A stretch of DNA of 64,000 nucleotides from Lama guanicoe (GCA_013239625.1 MU054391.1:3067130-3131129); one strand, 5' to 3'; positions 11,701-25,420 are shown, counted from the first letter of the stretch. Notes: generated by a model from the letters alone, not told the origin. Program-made: numbers and translations.

Positions 11701-13244
11701 TCTGGCCCTCAGCAGGGAGAACCTCACCCAAGTGCAGGTAGAAAGAGAGCGTGTGCACCTCTGGGGAAGGCTGTGGGGGCCCCCAAGAGTTCTGTGGTCC
11801 TCCAGGAGTGGAAACGCAGCATCCAGACACCAGGACTTGGGGTGCAGGTCCCACGCTCAGGAGGCTGAGTGTGACAGGTGCCCAGAGCTCAGCACAGGAG
11901 GGGAGGTTCGTCAGGTCGAAGGCACCGAGAGCCTCCCTCCAGGCTCCAGGACCGCCAGCCCGGCTCTGCACTAGACGGGAGGGGGGACCAAAGCACTGAG
12001 CTAAAGGCTGAAGCCAAGACACAACAGCTGGGCCGGCAGCGGTGGCCCAGCCCCGGGGGGAGCAGCTGCCTGTCTTCCGGGGTGCGTTCCTGCACCGCTT
12101 CACTCTTACGTGAAGGGGCACAGCGATCGCCCCGTGGAAAATCTGCACAGAGGAGCCTGTAAGGCTCCAGCTTTGTCCCAGGATCAAAATCCAAGGCCGG
12201 CTGGTGTGGAACATGAGGAGGCTACCCCTGCGGGACCTGGGTGCCCAGGAGAAGAAACACGAGTGGGCGCCCTGGCCCCTGGTGCCACCCTGGTGCACTG
12301 TGCCACACTCCGCACAGGGCTGCGTGGGGAGGGCAAGTTAGAGCGCGTGGGTGACAAGCAGGGCCTAGCAGTCAGTCCGCATGCACGTCTCAGACTGGTT
12401 TAGATGAGAAAGGACATTTATTGGGTGAGGGAACCGGGAGAGTCATGGTATGACTTTGCTTCCGTTCCCAGCGGGATCCAGGGGCTCAGTGAGGTCCACA
12501 GACACCTCTGGGTATTTATGTCTGTTTGTTTATTTTTTTTTCTGTCTCTCAGGTCTGCTTTTTTTTCTTTTCTTTTCTTTTTTTTAGTTGATTTCATTCA
12601 CAAGCCAGCACTCCCAGTGGGGTGAGCGGGGATGACAGTTCTAATTAGTAAGCTCAGTGGTAACAGAAGACCTCTTTCCCCAGCGTTCAGGCAAAATCCT
12701 AGCATCCTTTGTTTGGTCTCATTTGGGTCCCACTCCCATTCCTAAATGCAGCCCTGGGGTCAAGGGAATGCAGTGTTTTCAAGGGCCTCCCCACCCCCAA
12801 CCCCAAGAAGCAGTCGCAGAGCCATCCACAGCCACACGGGCTCCGAGCTGGCAGGCACAGGCCGCCCGGACAAGCAGGGAGCTTAGCGATTACCTGGTTA
12901 GCTTCCATCATTTTAGGTTTATTAGTTTTGGGGGGGAAAGGAGATGTGGAAATATTATACACGTATTGATTACAGCTTAGAGAACAAAGAAAGAGGAATG
13001 ATGAAAATAAGAACCATGCATGGTCCTCTAGCGTATAGATAACACCTCTCATTATTCAGTATTTTCCCCAAACAATTGAAAAGTTTTCTACCTAATTTGA
13101 AACATTTATATTTTGGAGTCTTGACTTGTACAGTAATCATTTTCTTTTATCATTTGTATTTTCTTTAAAATATACTTTGACGACAGCATGGCCTTCCCAG
13201 CAATGAGCACACAGGCTCATCTCAATTCTTTCCGCCTTGTCCAA

Positions 13245-13350
13245 GAATCAGGCCCTTCTTTCTGGAGGTGAGGAAGCTAAGGGCCAGAGAAGGGAAGTAA
13301 TTTTCCAAGATTGGCAGCAGGACAAAGATGAGATTCCAGATGCTTCAGTC
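13245..13350 (-). mobile_element. MIR SINE fragment
   Basis: ggtgaggaagctaagggccagagaagggaagtaattttccaaga matches the reverse MIR core. Confidence 0.55.
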
Positions 13351-13702
13351 CTGTTTCTCTTCCCTCTCTTACCTAATGTCTGTATCCTCAATTATCTACC
13401 AGAGATGCTGAAGTGTTCCATTTTCCTCTTTTTTGATGGCAAGAACTGATGGATACTGTATAAAGAGAGGCACACCTTAGCTGAGCAGGATTTCCGTCTA
13501 TTGTAGGCACTGCCTGAAGTGCTAAAGAGAGAGTCCTACGGGGCCCTGACCTGCATGGCAGGTAGAAGGTCATTTCTAAAGGGGCAGCAGAATGAAGTCT
13601 TCTTAACTCTGTGAGGGTGGAGAATATTTTGAAAACACACATTTTTCTTTATAGGGTGGTGTGTGGGGGTGAAAGTTCCAGGTGGTGCTTCTGCCTCCCC
13701 GT

Positions 13703-13919
13703 TTTTTTTCTAAGATGCCTTTTATGCCTTTTTTATTTTATTTTTTATTAAAGCATGGTTGAGTTACAATGCTAGTTTCAGGTGTACAGCAGAATAGCTC
13801 AGTTATTCATACACATACATATATTTTTAGAATCATGTTATAAGACACTGACTATGGCTCCCGGTGCTATGCAGTAGGTCCTTGTTGTTGTATCTTCTAT
13901 ATATAGTAGAGTGTTTGTG
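13703..13919 (-). mobile_element. Short artiodactyl-type L1 3' end
   Basis: Degenerate poly-T, then gttgagttacaatgctagtttcaggtgtacagc...gtgctatgcagtaggtccttgttg. TSD ttctgcctccccgt (13689-13702) / ttctgcctcgctgt (13920-13933). Confidence 0.85.
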
Positions 13920-13934
13920 TTCTGCCTCGCTGTG

Positions 13935-14600
13935 TTCATTCATTTAGCAGACATTTATTGTGCATCTGCTGAGGACAAGCTGTGAGAGGAGAGCGGCTGT
14001 GCCCTCGGGGAGATCAGATGCTCTGCAGGGGAGGCTGGACAGAAGGTTAGACAAAGAAACAAAGGGAAGGGAGCACTATCAGATAGCGAGGAATACGAAG
14101 CAGGGAATTAAAACAGAAATCTCTGCTGAGGCCTGGGGCACACTGATTTTGGACTTAAGTTGTCAAGATAGGCAACTTGGGATGTAAGCACCTGTTTGAG
14201 CTGGGAACAAGGTGAAGCATCAGGAGCAGGAGGGACCCATGCCAAGGGGAGAGTGAGTGCAAAGGTCCTGGGGTAGACTGTTCAGGGCTCGTGTGAGGAG
14301 CAAGAGAGGCCAGCCAGCATGGCCGAGGCGAGGGAAGGAGGGGGCTGTGGTCCAGGCAGAGGTCAGGGAGAGGCAAGGTCAGTCTCGAATCTGTGTTTGT
14401 GAAGAGTGTACCGGGTGATGCTGGGAAGCTTTATAACTGGATTGTGACAACTGGATTGTGACACTGATTGGTGTTTTGAGAAATCCCACTGGCTTGTGGG
14501 GAAGGATGAATTTGGGGGGCAGGGATGGCGGTGGGGGTATGGCTTAGAAGGTTATTGAGGAGGACCTGGCAGGAAATGACAGGCCCTGGACTTGGGGGAG
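13935..14600 (-). mobile_element. L2 LINE 3' portion
   Basis: Starts with ttcattcatttagcagacatttattg (reverse L2 tail), followed by a typical purine-rich L2 body. Confidence 0.75.
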
Positions 14601-17600
14601 AGGTGGCGGGGGCGATGCCTTTTGGAGTCCAGGGGACTCCTGACGGGCTGGATGGGGACGGGCTGGGGATGTTGGTGTGTTCAGGGAGAGTGGGAACGGA
14701 GGGTCATCACTGAGGTTTTAACACACGGAAACTTGACACCTTGTCTGTTTCCCCCAGTTTTCTACTTTGTTCAGAAGGGAAGGTGAGAAAGAGCAAGAAG
14801 TTCAGATGCAGATACTCCAGCGCTCCCTCAGACAGCCCGTCTTCACACTGTGCTTCCTCGTGCATGCTCTCTGTTGTCTTGTACAGAGGAGTTCTGTCCC
14901 TTCACACCTGAAGGGGCCCCGGGCTCCCTGGCGCAGGGCATCCCCATGGAGAGCAGCTCACAGTGGTGCCCACGTGCAGTGGGGGTGCCCTGCCAGCAGA
15001 GCTGGGGCCACCGGCCCTCCTCTGCAGAATGACACCTGTGTTGTCATTTCGGATCCCCTGCCCTCCTGCTCTAAACGGTCTTAGACAGGAGGCCTGCCAT
15101 CTCTCCTCTTCAGCAGCCTCCCCAAATAGAGGGGCCAAAGCTGACAGTGGATGCCAGTTGAGTTCATTCTTATCACCGGGACAGGATGGACACTGGGAAG
15201 GGACCTCAGAGGCTGCATCTCTGAGGTCTGGTCCAAGGCTGTGAGAGGTGGAAAGCCGGCCTCCATCCATGCCTGCTCTTACACAGTTTTTATAGTTTTA
15301 TAATAAAAGGAGATTTAATGGCCAAACGAGATAAGTGTCAGGCATCCAAGACTGTTGGGAAATAGCAGATCAGGATGGGAATTGAGTTCCCCAGAAAGCT
15401 GAGTGTTTATTTATTTTTCAATTTTGACCATTTTATATAGAAATTATTTAAAATTAATTCTATCATTTTCTTTCTCCTTAAGAAGAGCAAACACCACACA
15501 CTGTGATGGAGTGCAGTGGTCTCTTCAGGGCTCTGCAGGGAGGTTTTCTGCTCCTTTAAGTAGCCTTAAGCCACCATGTCTCTTGAATTTTCATGTTCGT
15601 TTCAGGTAGTTCTCAACATTTCATCATTTGTTTTTTTTCCCAGTCAACTGTCAGTGCTTGCTTCTTCCTCCCTTGGTGCATTTCCTTATAATAAGAGCAA
15701 GGTTTCTCAGTGTGACGTCTTTCTTCTGATCTGGAGAGAACTAGGGATGTGCATGATGAAGCTGGTTACGACGTGTGCACAAGGGGCACGCTGGATCGCA
15801 GTGCGGGTCTGGAGCCGTCTAGGGAGACCCGGGACGCGGTGTCTGTGACAGGGCCCTGGCAGCTTCTGCTTCAGTTGATGCAAAGAGGTTTTGTCTGTTT
15901 ATCTGTGGCCTTGGCTGCTTCACTGGTGGGTGAGATTGCTCGCAGTCTAACTCCCAGCCGTTTGAAGTATTTCAGCTGCAGCACGAACATCCCACTCCCG
16001 ACGGTGGTGTAGGACGCCCAGATCCAATCTCACTGTTCGGATACTTGACTGACCCACGTGGGCCTCGCAGGCTCAATGACCCTGTCCAGGCCGCTAAAGG
16101 GAACCCAGCAAGGGGCAGGGGGTTCACAGACACCCCCTCCCATCCTGGACAAAGCCCTGATTCCCTTGACAGAGCGGACACCCAGGCTTTCCTGATGGAA
16201 CCTTTCTGGATAGTTGAACTCGTTCTGCAAAAACAGACCACTTTTTTTGTTTTCTTATTTCAGTTTCTCAATAGGCTTATCAGTTACTCACCTTTTGTGT
16301 GATGTTTTAGGTACAAGATGTCTGTGCTCATCTGTGCAAACAGGGGAGTGTGAGCAGATCTTCTTTGGTGCCCTGTATCTAGATGGTTTATTGTTGTTGT
16401 TTTTGGCATAACATTTACAAAACTGATGTTTGGGTGTCCCTGAGTGGCACAGTGCCTGACTGGCTGAGTTAAGGACTTTGTGCCCTCGGTTTGGGAATTA
16501 CACGTGTGCACCATTTGTGTGACGGGAGACTAAGGCTCCTGTCACCCTGGACCTGAACATAGGAGATTGGTCCCCAGGAACCTTGGTCCCTTTGGCACAG
16601 AGGTGACGTAGTCAGGTAGCCACAGGTGAGGCCACCGGCCCAAAGGGGTGAGGCGGCCCAGGTCCAGGGCTGCAGGAGCGCCCGCCCTGCCTGAAGCCAA
16701 CCACTGGAGACCCCCAGTCCCGAGCTGCACGGGGAGCCAGATGTGGGAGCTGAACTTGGAGTCTTCCGACCCTGAGAGCCCCGGGCGCCGCACCATGCCA
16801 GCTGTGGGAGGAGGTCTGAGGGTCCCCACTTTGCCACACCTGCGGGGTGCCATCCACAGAGCGCAGAGGTCTCCCCTGGAGGCCCCGTCCCCAGGCCCAG
16901 ACCCAGACCTCTTTCCTCGGGTTGGCTTAGTGATTAGAAAGTAGATGAATAAAGTGAATTTGAGTGGAAGTGTCTCTGAGGGGAGCTTCATCTCCGATTT
17001 TCCTCAGACCTCACCGCGCCCCGCTGCACGGCACCAGCGCCGGTGCGCCCGTCAGCGCTTCCCATCTGACCCCGCGGCCGTCTGTGTTTTTTCCGTGTGT
17101 GCACCCAGATGCCCGTCGTAACCCCTGGTCTGTCCCAGGTTGCCCATCTCACTGGGGATCTAAAGCAGGAGGCCTGATAAATAAGCAGAGATGGAAAGTA
17201 TGATAAATGATGTCTCGGGGCCCAGCGGAGTGGGGAGGCTGAGTGCTCGCCGCCAGCCTCGGCTTCCCTTCCGCGGGAACCGTCCCGTTCTGGCCTGTAA
17301 CGCAGTTAATTGTGACACTAGAAACAAAACACCCAAAGCGTGGATTACAGTGCCTAACGTGTAACAGGGACTCGATATACGGAAACAAGCGATGGTTGCC
17401 CTGAGCATCTCAGGATGATGATTTTTTCTACAGTAACCCACGTCAGGGGACCCAAATACACAAACGGCCTTGGAATCACCCGATGCAGAAATGCTTATAT
17501 TCATAAACTCACACAGCCCCTCGGCAGCGTGCTACTTACAGACACACACAATGGAGGCGGAATTCTAAAGCCCCAATTAAGTGGAAAAGGTCGCTTTCGT

Positions 17601-19299
17601 GGTAACAATAGGGCAGAGCTAAGCGACAAAAAAAAAGCTACTTAGTTTGGCAACCTTTGTTTGGAAGAATCCTCTGACAAAGCCCCCCTCGGAACCTTCT
17701 GAATGGGGCCTGAGCCAACCTTCTTAATCCCCTGCCTGTCTCACATAGGGTTAATTGAATGCTGGGGACGGGGTGGGTCCCCTTTTGTGGCAGGAGCTGG
17801 TCATCAAACAAAAACCAATTGCTAGGTTCCAAAGGGCTCCTCGCTCACACTCTGTGACAAAGCAAGCCCTGTGAGTCCTCTTCCTCCTTGGCCAGGAGGG
17901 CTGGAGGGAACGTTAGATCCTTCAAACACACAGAATTTGCTGGAAAAGGTGAACGTTCCATTTCAAGTTCCAAATTGAATGCAGACCCCTGGCCAGATGC
18001 ACTGGTCCCTCTTTGTCCCTGTGCCGTCAGTGGACCCCACCGCTGGCCCCTGCCTCAGAGAGGGCGGGAGGGTCCCCAATGCCCACCCCCACCCCGAAAC
18101 AGCAGGCTGCACATGGTAATTAAACCTCTGGGGCCTGGAGATTCTGGACTCCGGTTTGGAGAAATATTAGGTAGAAGACACTCCCCATCCCCTCCTGCTC
18201 ACCTGCGGGGATTTCCTTTAGTTACACATGGCTTCCCAGGTAAACAAGCTTGGGGAAAAAAGTCACTGGTGGGGATCAAATTAGCACCTTAGTGTGGCTT
18301 GTAATGAACCGGTCTGCTTAATTAGATGATCATGAAATGATAATATTGGAAAACAAATTGTGGCTAAAAAGTGAGGCTTCCCCTGTCACAGGTCTCCTGC
18401 AGAACATCCTTTTTAAATGTGCTGTTTTCTTAGATATGAAACGTGCTTTTTTACAAGAGACAAGTGGGAGCCATGAAAGACTGGGCGCCTATCACGGAAC
18501 GACTGTGCTTCTTCAGCGATGCCTGAGCCCTCGTTTCTCCGGGCCTCCTTCCTGCAAAGTCTGTGTGACTCTTCCTGGCTGGCATCGGTCTGAGGATAAT
18601 GTGAAGTCATCTTAAGGGCCACATTCTGGACACCGAGGATGCGCGCTGCGCTGGGCTCGTTCACTGGCACCTGCAGGCTCGTCTGGGACAGGGACACTCA
18701 GGGCTCTCCACGTGCAGACGGGGAAACATGGGGCACGTGGCGGGGAGCAAGCGCCCAGGACCACAGACAGCATGTGGCAGCCGGAGCCAGGCTCCGAGGG
18801 AGCGCTGCCGACTCAGAGCTTCTGCTTTCGTCAATAGTGACCACTCCTGGCCCCGGGGCGCTCGGCGTGCACGGCTCGTTCACACGGTCCCGCTGCCTCA
18901 GGTGTGACGCTGCCTCAGACGGCTTGCCCGGCCTGTGGTGTGAGGTCTACCTGGGAACGGTGGAGTGTTCTTGCCCCAGGAGCCCCCAAGTCTACAATGA
19001 ACAAACGGGCAGTTTATTTCTGAAATAATCCCAGGGCATCGCTGCTGGTCTGGGAGAGAAGGGAAGACCAACCTGTCATGAGGATGTCTTCAAACACACG
19101 GCTGGGACTGCCATGCTGGCCGCTCTCGGGAAAGGCGTGTGTGTCCGGGGACACGCGGAGGCCTTGGATGGGGTGGCACTGGGTCCCCTGGTATTTCTTT
19201 TATGGGTGGGCGTGGGCACCCCTGGCCTGAAGGTCATCCCTCAGGCCTCGTGGACACACAGGGAAGAGGCGGGCTTCTCTAAGCGTCTTCCGTTGGCCT

Positions 19300-20680
19300 G
19301 AATTCCCACCGCTCCTCCAACAGGGAGAGCCGGCCTGCGGGCGGGAAAGGCCGGGGCGGAGACCTGGGCTCCCCGCCCCTTCCCAGGAATATGACCAAGA
19401 CTGGACGCTGAGCCGGCCTCATCTCCTCAATCATCTGAGTCCATTTCCGGTGAGACAGACCCGACAGTATCTGTCCACGTGTGGGCCTGACGGCCGTGAT
19501 ACCATCAGCAGATAAACGCAGAGCTGGGGAGACAGCGGGAAGGCCGGCAGCTGCGAGGTTCGCTGCCGACCCAAGTCCCCGCGTGGTGTGAGCGCGTTCG
19601 TCGTCAGGTCCGCTCGGCTGTCCTCGCCGCCGTCACCGGCGTCCCCATCCTGCCCTGGGCATCCTGAGGGTGGGGGAGGGGCGGGGNNNNNNNNNNNNNN
19701 NNNNNNNNNNNNNNNNNNNNNNNNNNNNNNNNNNNNNNNNNNNNNNNNNNNNNNNNNNNNNNNNNNNNNNNNNNNNNNNNNNNNNNNNNNNNNNNNNNNN
19801 NNNNNNNNNNNNNNNNNNNNNNNNNNNNNNNNNNNNNNNNNNNNNNNNNNNNNNNNNNNNNNNNNNNNNNNNNNNNNNNNNNNNNNNNNNNNNNNNNNNN
19901 NNNNNNNNNNNNNNNNNNNNNNNNNNNNNNNNNNNNNNNNNNNNNNNNNNNNNNNNNNNNNNNNNNNNNNNNNNNNNNNNNNNNNNNNNNNNNNNNNNNN
20001 NNNNNNNNNNNNNNNNNNNNNNNNNNNNNNNNNNNNNNNNNNNNNNNNNNNNNNNNNNNNNNNNNNNNNNNNNNNNNNNNNNNNNNNNNNNNNNNNNNNN
20101 NNNNNNNNNNNNNNNNNNNNNNNNNNNNNNNNNNNNNNNNNNNNNNNNNNNNNNNNNNNNNNNNNNNNNNNNNNNNNNNNNNNNNNNNNNNNNNNNNNNN
20201 NNNNNNNNNNNNNNNGGAGGGTTTAGGGGAAGCGGGGAGACTTGGCCTTCGTTCTCTCCCCGCTCTGTGTCGGGGGACGAGGGGAGCTGCCCGGGGGGGG
20301 GGTCCGGATGTCGGGAAGCCGGCGTCCGGCGGCAGCAGGACCAGCGCTGGGCGCGGTGGTAGCGGAAGCAGCGGCGGCGGTGCTGGTTCTGACTGCGCGT
20401 CCCAGTGCCCTTTTTACACGGATTTCTAAGTGTCCCAAGAGCCCGGGAAGGTAGCATGGCCTTTCACTTTCCCCACTCACAGTTGACGGACCTGACGTTG
20501 AGAGAGACGAGAGACTTTCTCAAGGGACAGAGCCATCGGGGGCCCTCGTTTCAGCCCAGGCTCTGTCCCACCGGAGGGGCTCTGTTCTCGGGGCTGGAAG
20601 GCCAGCTTCCAGCCCCGCCCGAGCCCGCCCCCTGCAGCCCCGCGATGCTTTTCTTGGAAGCAGAGGTCGTGGGGAAGAGA
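19300..20680. promoter_or_regulatory. CpG island / probable promoter, interrupted by an assembly gap
   Basis: Dense CpG, GC boxes (ggggcggag near 19353, ccccgcccc near 19371) and an ETS-like gcggaagc near 20362; possible + strand donor AAG|gtagca at 20451. Confidence 0.65.
19687..20215. other. Assembly gap (529 N)
   Basis: Run of N in the sequence. Confidence 1.
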
Positions 20681-23299
20681 CTGACCAGGTGCACGTGTGT
20701 GGGGCAGAGAGTCCTGTGAGCTCCAGAGAGTTCCTTGTGGTTGTTCCCGACCCTGGAGAAGGACCGCTTTCATTCCGGTCTAAAGGTCACATCCTTGCTC
20801 TGCCTTTCAGCTCAAACCCTGGTCCAGCCAAGGCCCCCAGTCTCATCTGAAATTAGGTAACGGGGCAGGGACCGGGGCTGGCGCTCCCCCTGGTGGCGGT
20901 CGTCAGAACCGCCCCGCGCCCCCAAACTGAGCTCACCTCCTGGATTAGGCTCTCAGAAGACCAAAAGCTTCTCGAAGGCAAGGCCCCTCCACCCGTTTAC
21001 CACTCACAGAACTCTGCTAGAAGCTGGGGCACTTGGCATGGAACAAGGCATGGCGACCCTCTACAAGCACTTATCATCAAAGGGGGACCCGGGATGTGCA
21101 CCCGGGAGTAGAGGACAGACATCGGAGCAGTATTTCGGGAGCACAGAGAAGGAACGCCCCATTCTGCACAATGGAACCCATCGGGAGAGGCTGCAAAGGA
21201 GGAGCAGCTCTTGGTCCTGACCTAAGGAGCGAGGCTGCTTCAACAGGTGGTTCCTCGGCCGTTGTGGGTGGGGGGTGAGGCCACCCGGACCTAAAAAACC
21301 GCGGGAGGGATGGAGTCATCTTGGGCAGTGGTGGAGGTGCGATGGGGAGAGGGCAGGTGGCTTTTCCCATCTGCTGGATCCCCTAGCATCTGTACTTTTG
21401 AAAATTGTCTCTAAAAGTCTAAGCGATGCCTGGGTACTTAACAGAAGTACAGAGTTTTAAAATGTTCCCAAAAAACCACAGATGAAAAATGAAACAGGAG
21501 TAAGATGCACAGAGATAAACACTAACTTTTTTCCCCAAAGTTTCACTTCCCGTTTGCCTTGTTAGTAATCCCTAATGAAGACGGTGGCTGATAGTTAAAT
21601 GAGTGGGTGTAAAACTGGAAACCAAAGGCCACCACAGGCCTGGTTCACTGAGCTGATCGCGTCAGTGACCCACACCAAGCACACGTTCCGGCCGCCAACC
21701 AGCACCCAGTGAACTTTCTGACTGAAATCGTGGTACAGGCTTTCCGACAGAGTGGGGCTCGGAGAGTCACCAGGACTGACAGGCTGGGCATCCAACAGAG
21801 GACAGAAGAGACGCCCGCTCGGGCTCCCAGAATCTGGGTATCCCTTGGGCATTTGCTGTGTGGTTTTGTGTGGAGATACCTATCCTTTCGCCCTGACACC
21901 CCCCGTGAGGGGCACCTCGGTCAGCGTGGCCCGGCTCCCGCAGGAAGCGCTGCGGGCCACCCCCGCCTGGACGCATCCTCCGCGGTGGGCACGCGAGACC
22001 TCATGGGTCCCTTTGGTCACGAAGCAGGTCGGCAGGGGCGCAGGCAGGCCCAGAGCTACAGACAGACCCTGACCGCTCCCCAACCCCAGCCTCGGGGAAC
22101 GTCAGCTCAGAAGTTGGGGTGAAGCTCCTTCTGCACTTGTCGCTCGTGCCCGTGGCGGGGGCCACACGTGATGAGTCCCACAGGCCAACCTGGCCCTCAG
22201 TCCCCGCCCTGCTTCCCTCCCCCCGGCCGACGGGCAGGAGTTTGGCAGCAGCTTTGCCCTGGCAGTGACCTCCATCTGGAGTCCAGGACCCATTTTTGTC
22301 CTTGTTGGGGAATTTGGCTGTCCCAGCACAGTGGGTACTGAGGGACTGTGCCCTGAATGGTCCAGTTCTCCGAAAGCCTGCTTCCACCTGCCAGAGGACA
22401 CTTTCGTGAGAAAGCTGTGTCCGTCCCCCTGGCAGGGCAGGGCGCTGAACCTGCCCACCCAGCGGACCGGCCCTGCCCTCCCTGCGCTGGCTGCGGGGCT
22501 GGGCCAGTCCCAGCGGTTCCCGGGTAGAGCCTCGGGGAGCACCGCCCATGGCTGGATTAGCGTGAGGCTGTGCCTTCCTTTTTTGCAAGAAAAGCCTGCT
22601 CCCCAGGGTGGGGCGAGGGGAGCGGCTACCAGCCCTGACTGAAGGCTCCTCCTCACACCGGCGGCCGGTTGGCATCTCTCAGCCAGGCGAGGGGAGGCGG
22701 CGGGGGAGCCGCAGGCCGTCCCGGGAGAGCTGTGCGCGTGGCCAGGGGCCTCCCCCCCGTGCCCACAGGGCTGCCAGCCTTGAGAGAAGCCCCAGTGGCC
22801 CTCCTCTGGTCGGGCGCGCAGGGAAGACCGTGTGCCCGCCTTAGCTGGGTGTGAGCTCTTGGGGTGGGTCCCCCGGCCTCCCCGCACCCTCCGGCCCCTG
22901 TGTGGCCCGGCTCCGGGTCCGACCCTGGCCACTTCGTGGCGTGGTTGTTGGCTGGCCAGCCGCCTCTTCACGGAGGGAAGAGACCCTGCAGGGAGGCCTT
23001 GTGCCCTTTGTTTCTGTGTGTCGCTGAGATTACTGGATGAAGTCAAGATGCTTGTGCTCAAAGAAACACACTTTTCCATTCATGCACCAGTTCCCCTCAT
23101 TTACTCTCTACCCCCTCTGGCTCTGGTGGGTGACCTCTCCTCGCCCAGCCCTGCTGCCATTAAAAACAATGACGTCAAAGATCCCCTGATGTTAGACGTT
23201 TACTCCCTAGTATAAACTAGCTGGCAGGTCACGTCCTCTCTAAGAGAACTCAGTTTCCTGCTGACCTCTGGTCGTCCGTGTGCACCAGGTGCCCCAGCT

Positions 23300-23686
23300 C
23301 AGGCCCTGTACCTGTGATGTCCTCTGTGGGAAATGCTTGTCCCCCGGATGCTTGCGTCGTCCCTTCCTTGCCTCCATTGTCCTTTCAGCCTCTGCTCAGT
23401 GTCACTGTATACACTGGCCTCCTGGGCACCGTGTTCAAAACAGTAACTCGTGTCTCCCTCCGCACACGCTCCACCCCGGGCCGCCCTTGACGTTTGACCA
23501 CAGCCCGTGCCTGACTCACAGTATTCTCCGCCCTTTACTTGGCTATAGCCCGTGTCCCCTTTTAGGCTGTGCGCTCCTGAGGGCAGGCACGCTCCTTTGT
23601 TTCACCTGCTGCTAAACCCCCAGTGCCTGCAAGTACGTGGCATCTAGCAAGCAGAAAGCGACTGTTGAATGAATAAGTGAGTGAAC
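23300..23686 (+). mobile_element. L2 LINE 3' end
   Basis: gctgtgcgctcctgagggcaggcac...cccagtgcctgcaagtacgtggcatctagcaagc...tgttgaatgaataagtgagtgaa. Confidence 0.7.
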
Positions 23687-24779
23687 CGTGGATCCAAAGC
23701 CCCAGCTGGGAGTTTATCTTGCTGATGGCACAGTGCCCTTTGCAGGGGGCAACTGCTGCCCGGCCCCAGGGACAGCCCAGGGACGGGAGACTGGCTCCTC
23801 GGAGATCCTCTCTTCCCGGAGGATGCAAGCGGGCAGGGGCGGCAGCAACGTGGGCAAAGCCTGGTGCTCCGGGCCCTGTCGGAGGGCGCGCACGATGCCA
23901 GGTGGGCGGTGTGGTCTGAGGCAGACGAACCAGCACGGCCTCCCTCCCTCCTCTCCCGTGTCTGGGTGGGTTTCGCCTGGTAGGTCTCTCAGCTTTTTGA
24001 AGTCTTCCTTTTCTCATCTGAAAAAATGAAAGCAAGGGAACCTGTCTTGCTGGGTTTCTGTGGATGGTTGTGGAATGGCTGCTAGGAAGCTAGAAACACA
24101 CTCCTCCTGGAGCACTTCCTGTCTGCAGGCCCCGTGGTGCCGGGGAGTGGGGTCCTGGCCTCTGACAGCCACAGCCGCAAAAGGTACGGACGTGCCCGCC
24201 GTCTGCCCCACGCCTCCTACCCCGATGCTGCCCTGGCCCTCAGGAGGGAAGGCACGTGTTCCGTGGACAGTGCAACCTCGCCACCGACAGGCCCAAGTGA
24301 TCTGCTCTCCTGGCTTCCGCTTGCCCACCAGGGAAACGGAGGCGCCAGCCAGGACCCGGTGGGGAAGGGCTCTGACACCGCACAGGACGCCTGCAGGCTG
24401 CCGCTGGGGTTCACAGACCCTGAGCTCTGCTGTGGGGTCCAGGGGACGCCTGGGTTGTGAAGCTGTCGGGGCCCGAGCTTGTGCGGCATCCCTGGCTGTC
24501 AGAGCTAAGGCCTCTCTCACCGTCTTCCCCTCCCCCCGGGGGCAGTCATCGTGTGCTGTCACGGCTCCTGTCTGGTGACCGCAGACCAGGGATGGAAGGA
24601 CCATGGCCTGCTGGCTGAGGAAGTCACCTACCTACCTGGGAGGTAAATATCAGTGACTTAAGACCCTGGTGTGAACTTAACTGCACCTCATCTCTCCCAG
24701 ATGTTATTTATTAATTTTTTTAAATAAGAGGGAGAAAGTACTGTTTTGGTCTTAAGTTAGACAAACGTTCTTCGGATGG

Positions 24780-25420
24780 GCCCACCTGGGGTTGACCAGG
24801 GAGCGCCCAGCGGGGCTTGGCAGGCCGGCCGCTGGGGCGGGCGGGCACCAGGACCAGGGCGCCTCCTTCTCGGCCGGCTCCCTTGGTGCCCGCGGGAGGG
24901 GAAGCGGTGCGGACAGGCAGCTGCGCCCCCAGCGGGGGCGGGCGGCTCCACTCCGATTTGTTCGCCGGCAGCTTCCTGGGCTAGGGACAGGTGTGTGCGG
25001 CCAGGGAAACGCGGCGCAGCCGGAGCCGCTCCGCCGCGAACGCCGCCCCTGCGCTCCGGGCCGCCTGCGGACCCGCGGGGCCTCTGCTCCCGTGTCCGGG
25101 TCCCCGCTGCCGGGCTCTCCGGAGCGGATGTCACCCCGGCTGCTCCGACAGTAACTGATGAGCGTTACACGTGCTGAGTCACGGACCCCGCGCGGTGCCA
25201 TGTGCTGGGCTGTGCGTCCCAAAAGCACGTGTCTGTGGTGTCGTAGCAACTCTGCTGCTCTGCTCTGGCTCTCTGTGAAATCCTTCGGCATCTTCGCCGC
25301 GGCCTGGAACATCGCCGGGGGAAGAGGCATCCTGGCGGCCCGCCACCCCCGCTAGGCTTGGCCGGAGGCCGGGAGAGAGGAGGTACTTCCCCGAGCTTGT
25401 CGGGCTGAGGGACCAGCTCA
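24780..25420. promoter_or_regulatory. CpG island with an overlapping E-box/ARE composite
   Basis: Very CpG-rich block with GC boxes; CACGTG at 25168-25173 overlaps TGCTGAGTCAC at 25172-25182. Confidence 0.7.

Noticed and set aside
11483..12298. 271-aa minus-strand ORF
   Set aside because: No recognisable domain; overlapping ORFs on both strands are typical of GC-rich non-coding DNA.
14435..14462. 14-bp tandem duplication aactggattgtgac x2
   Set aside because: Ordinary slippage duplication inside an L2 remnant.
19588..20457. Long ORFs of 212-274 aa
   Set aside because: Artefacts of translating through the N gap.
22001..23079. 325-aa and 224-aa minus-strand ORFs
   Set aside because: Pro/Gly/Ala/Arg-rich, several overlapping frames open and no domain: stop-codon depletion from high GC.
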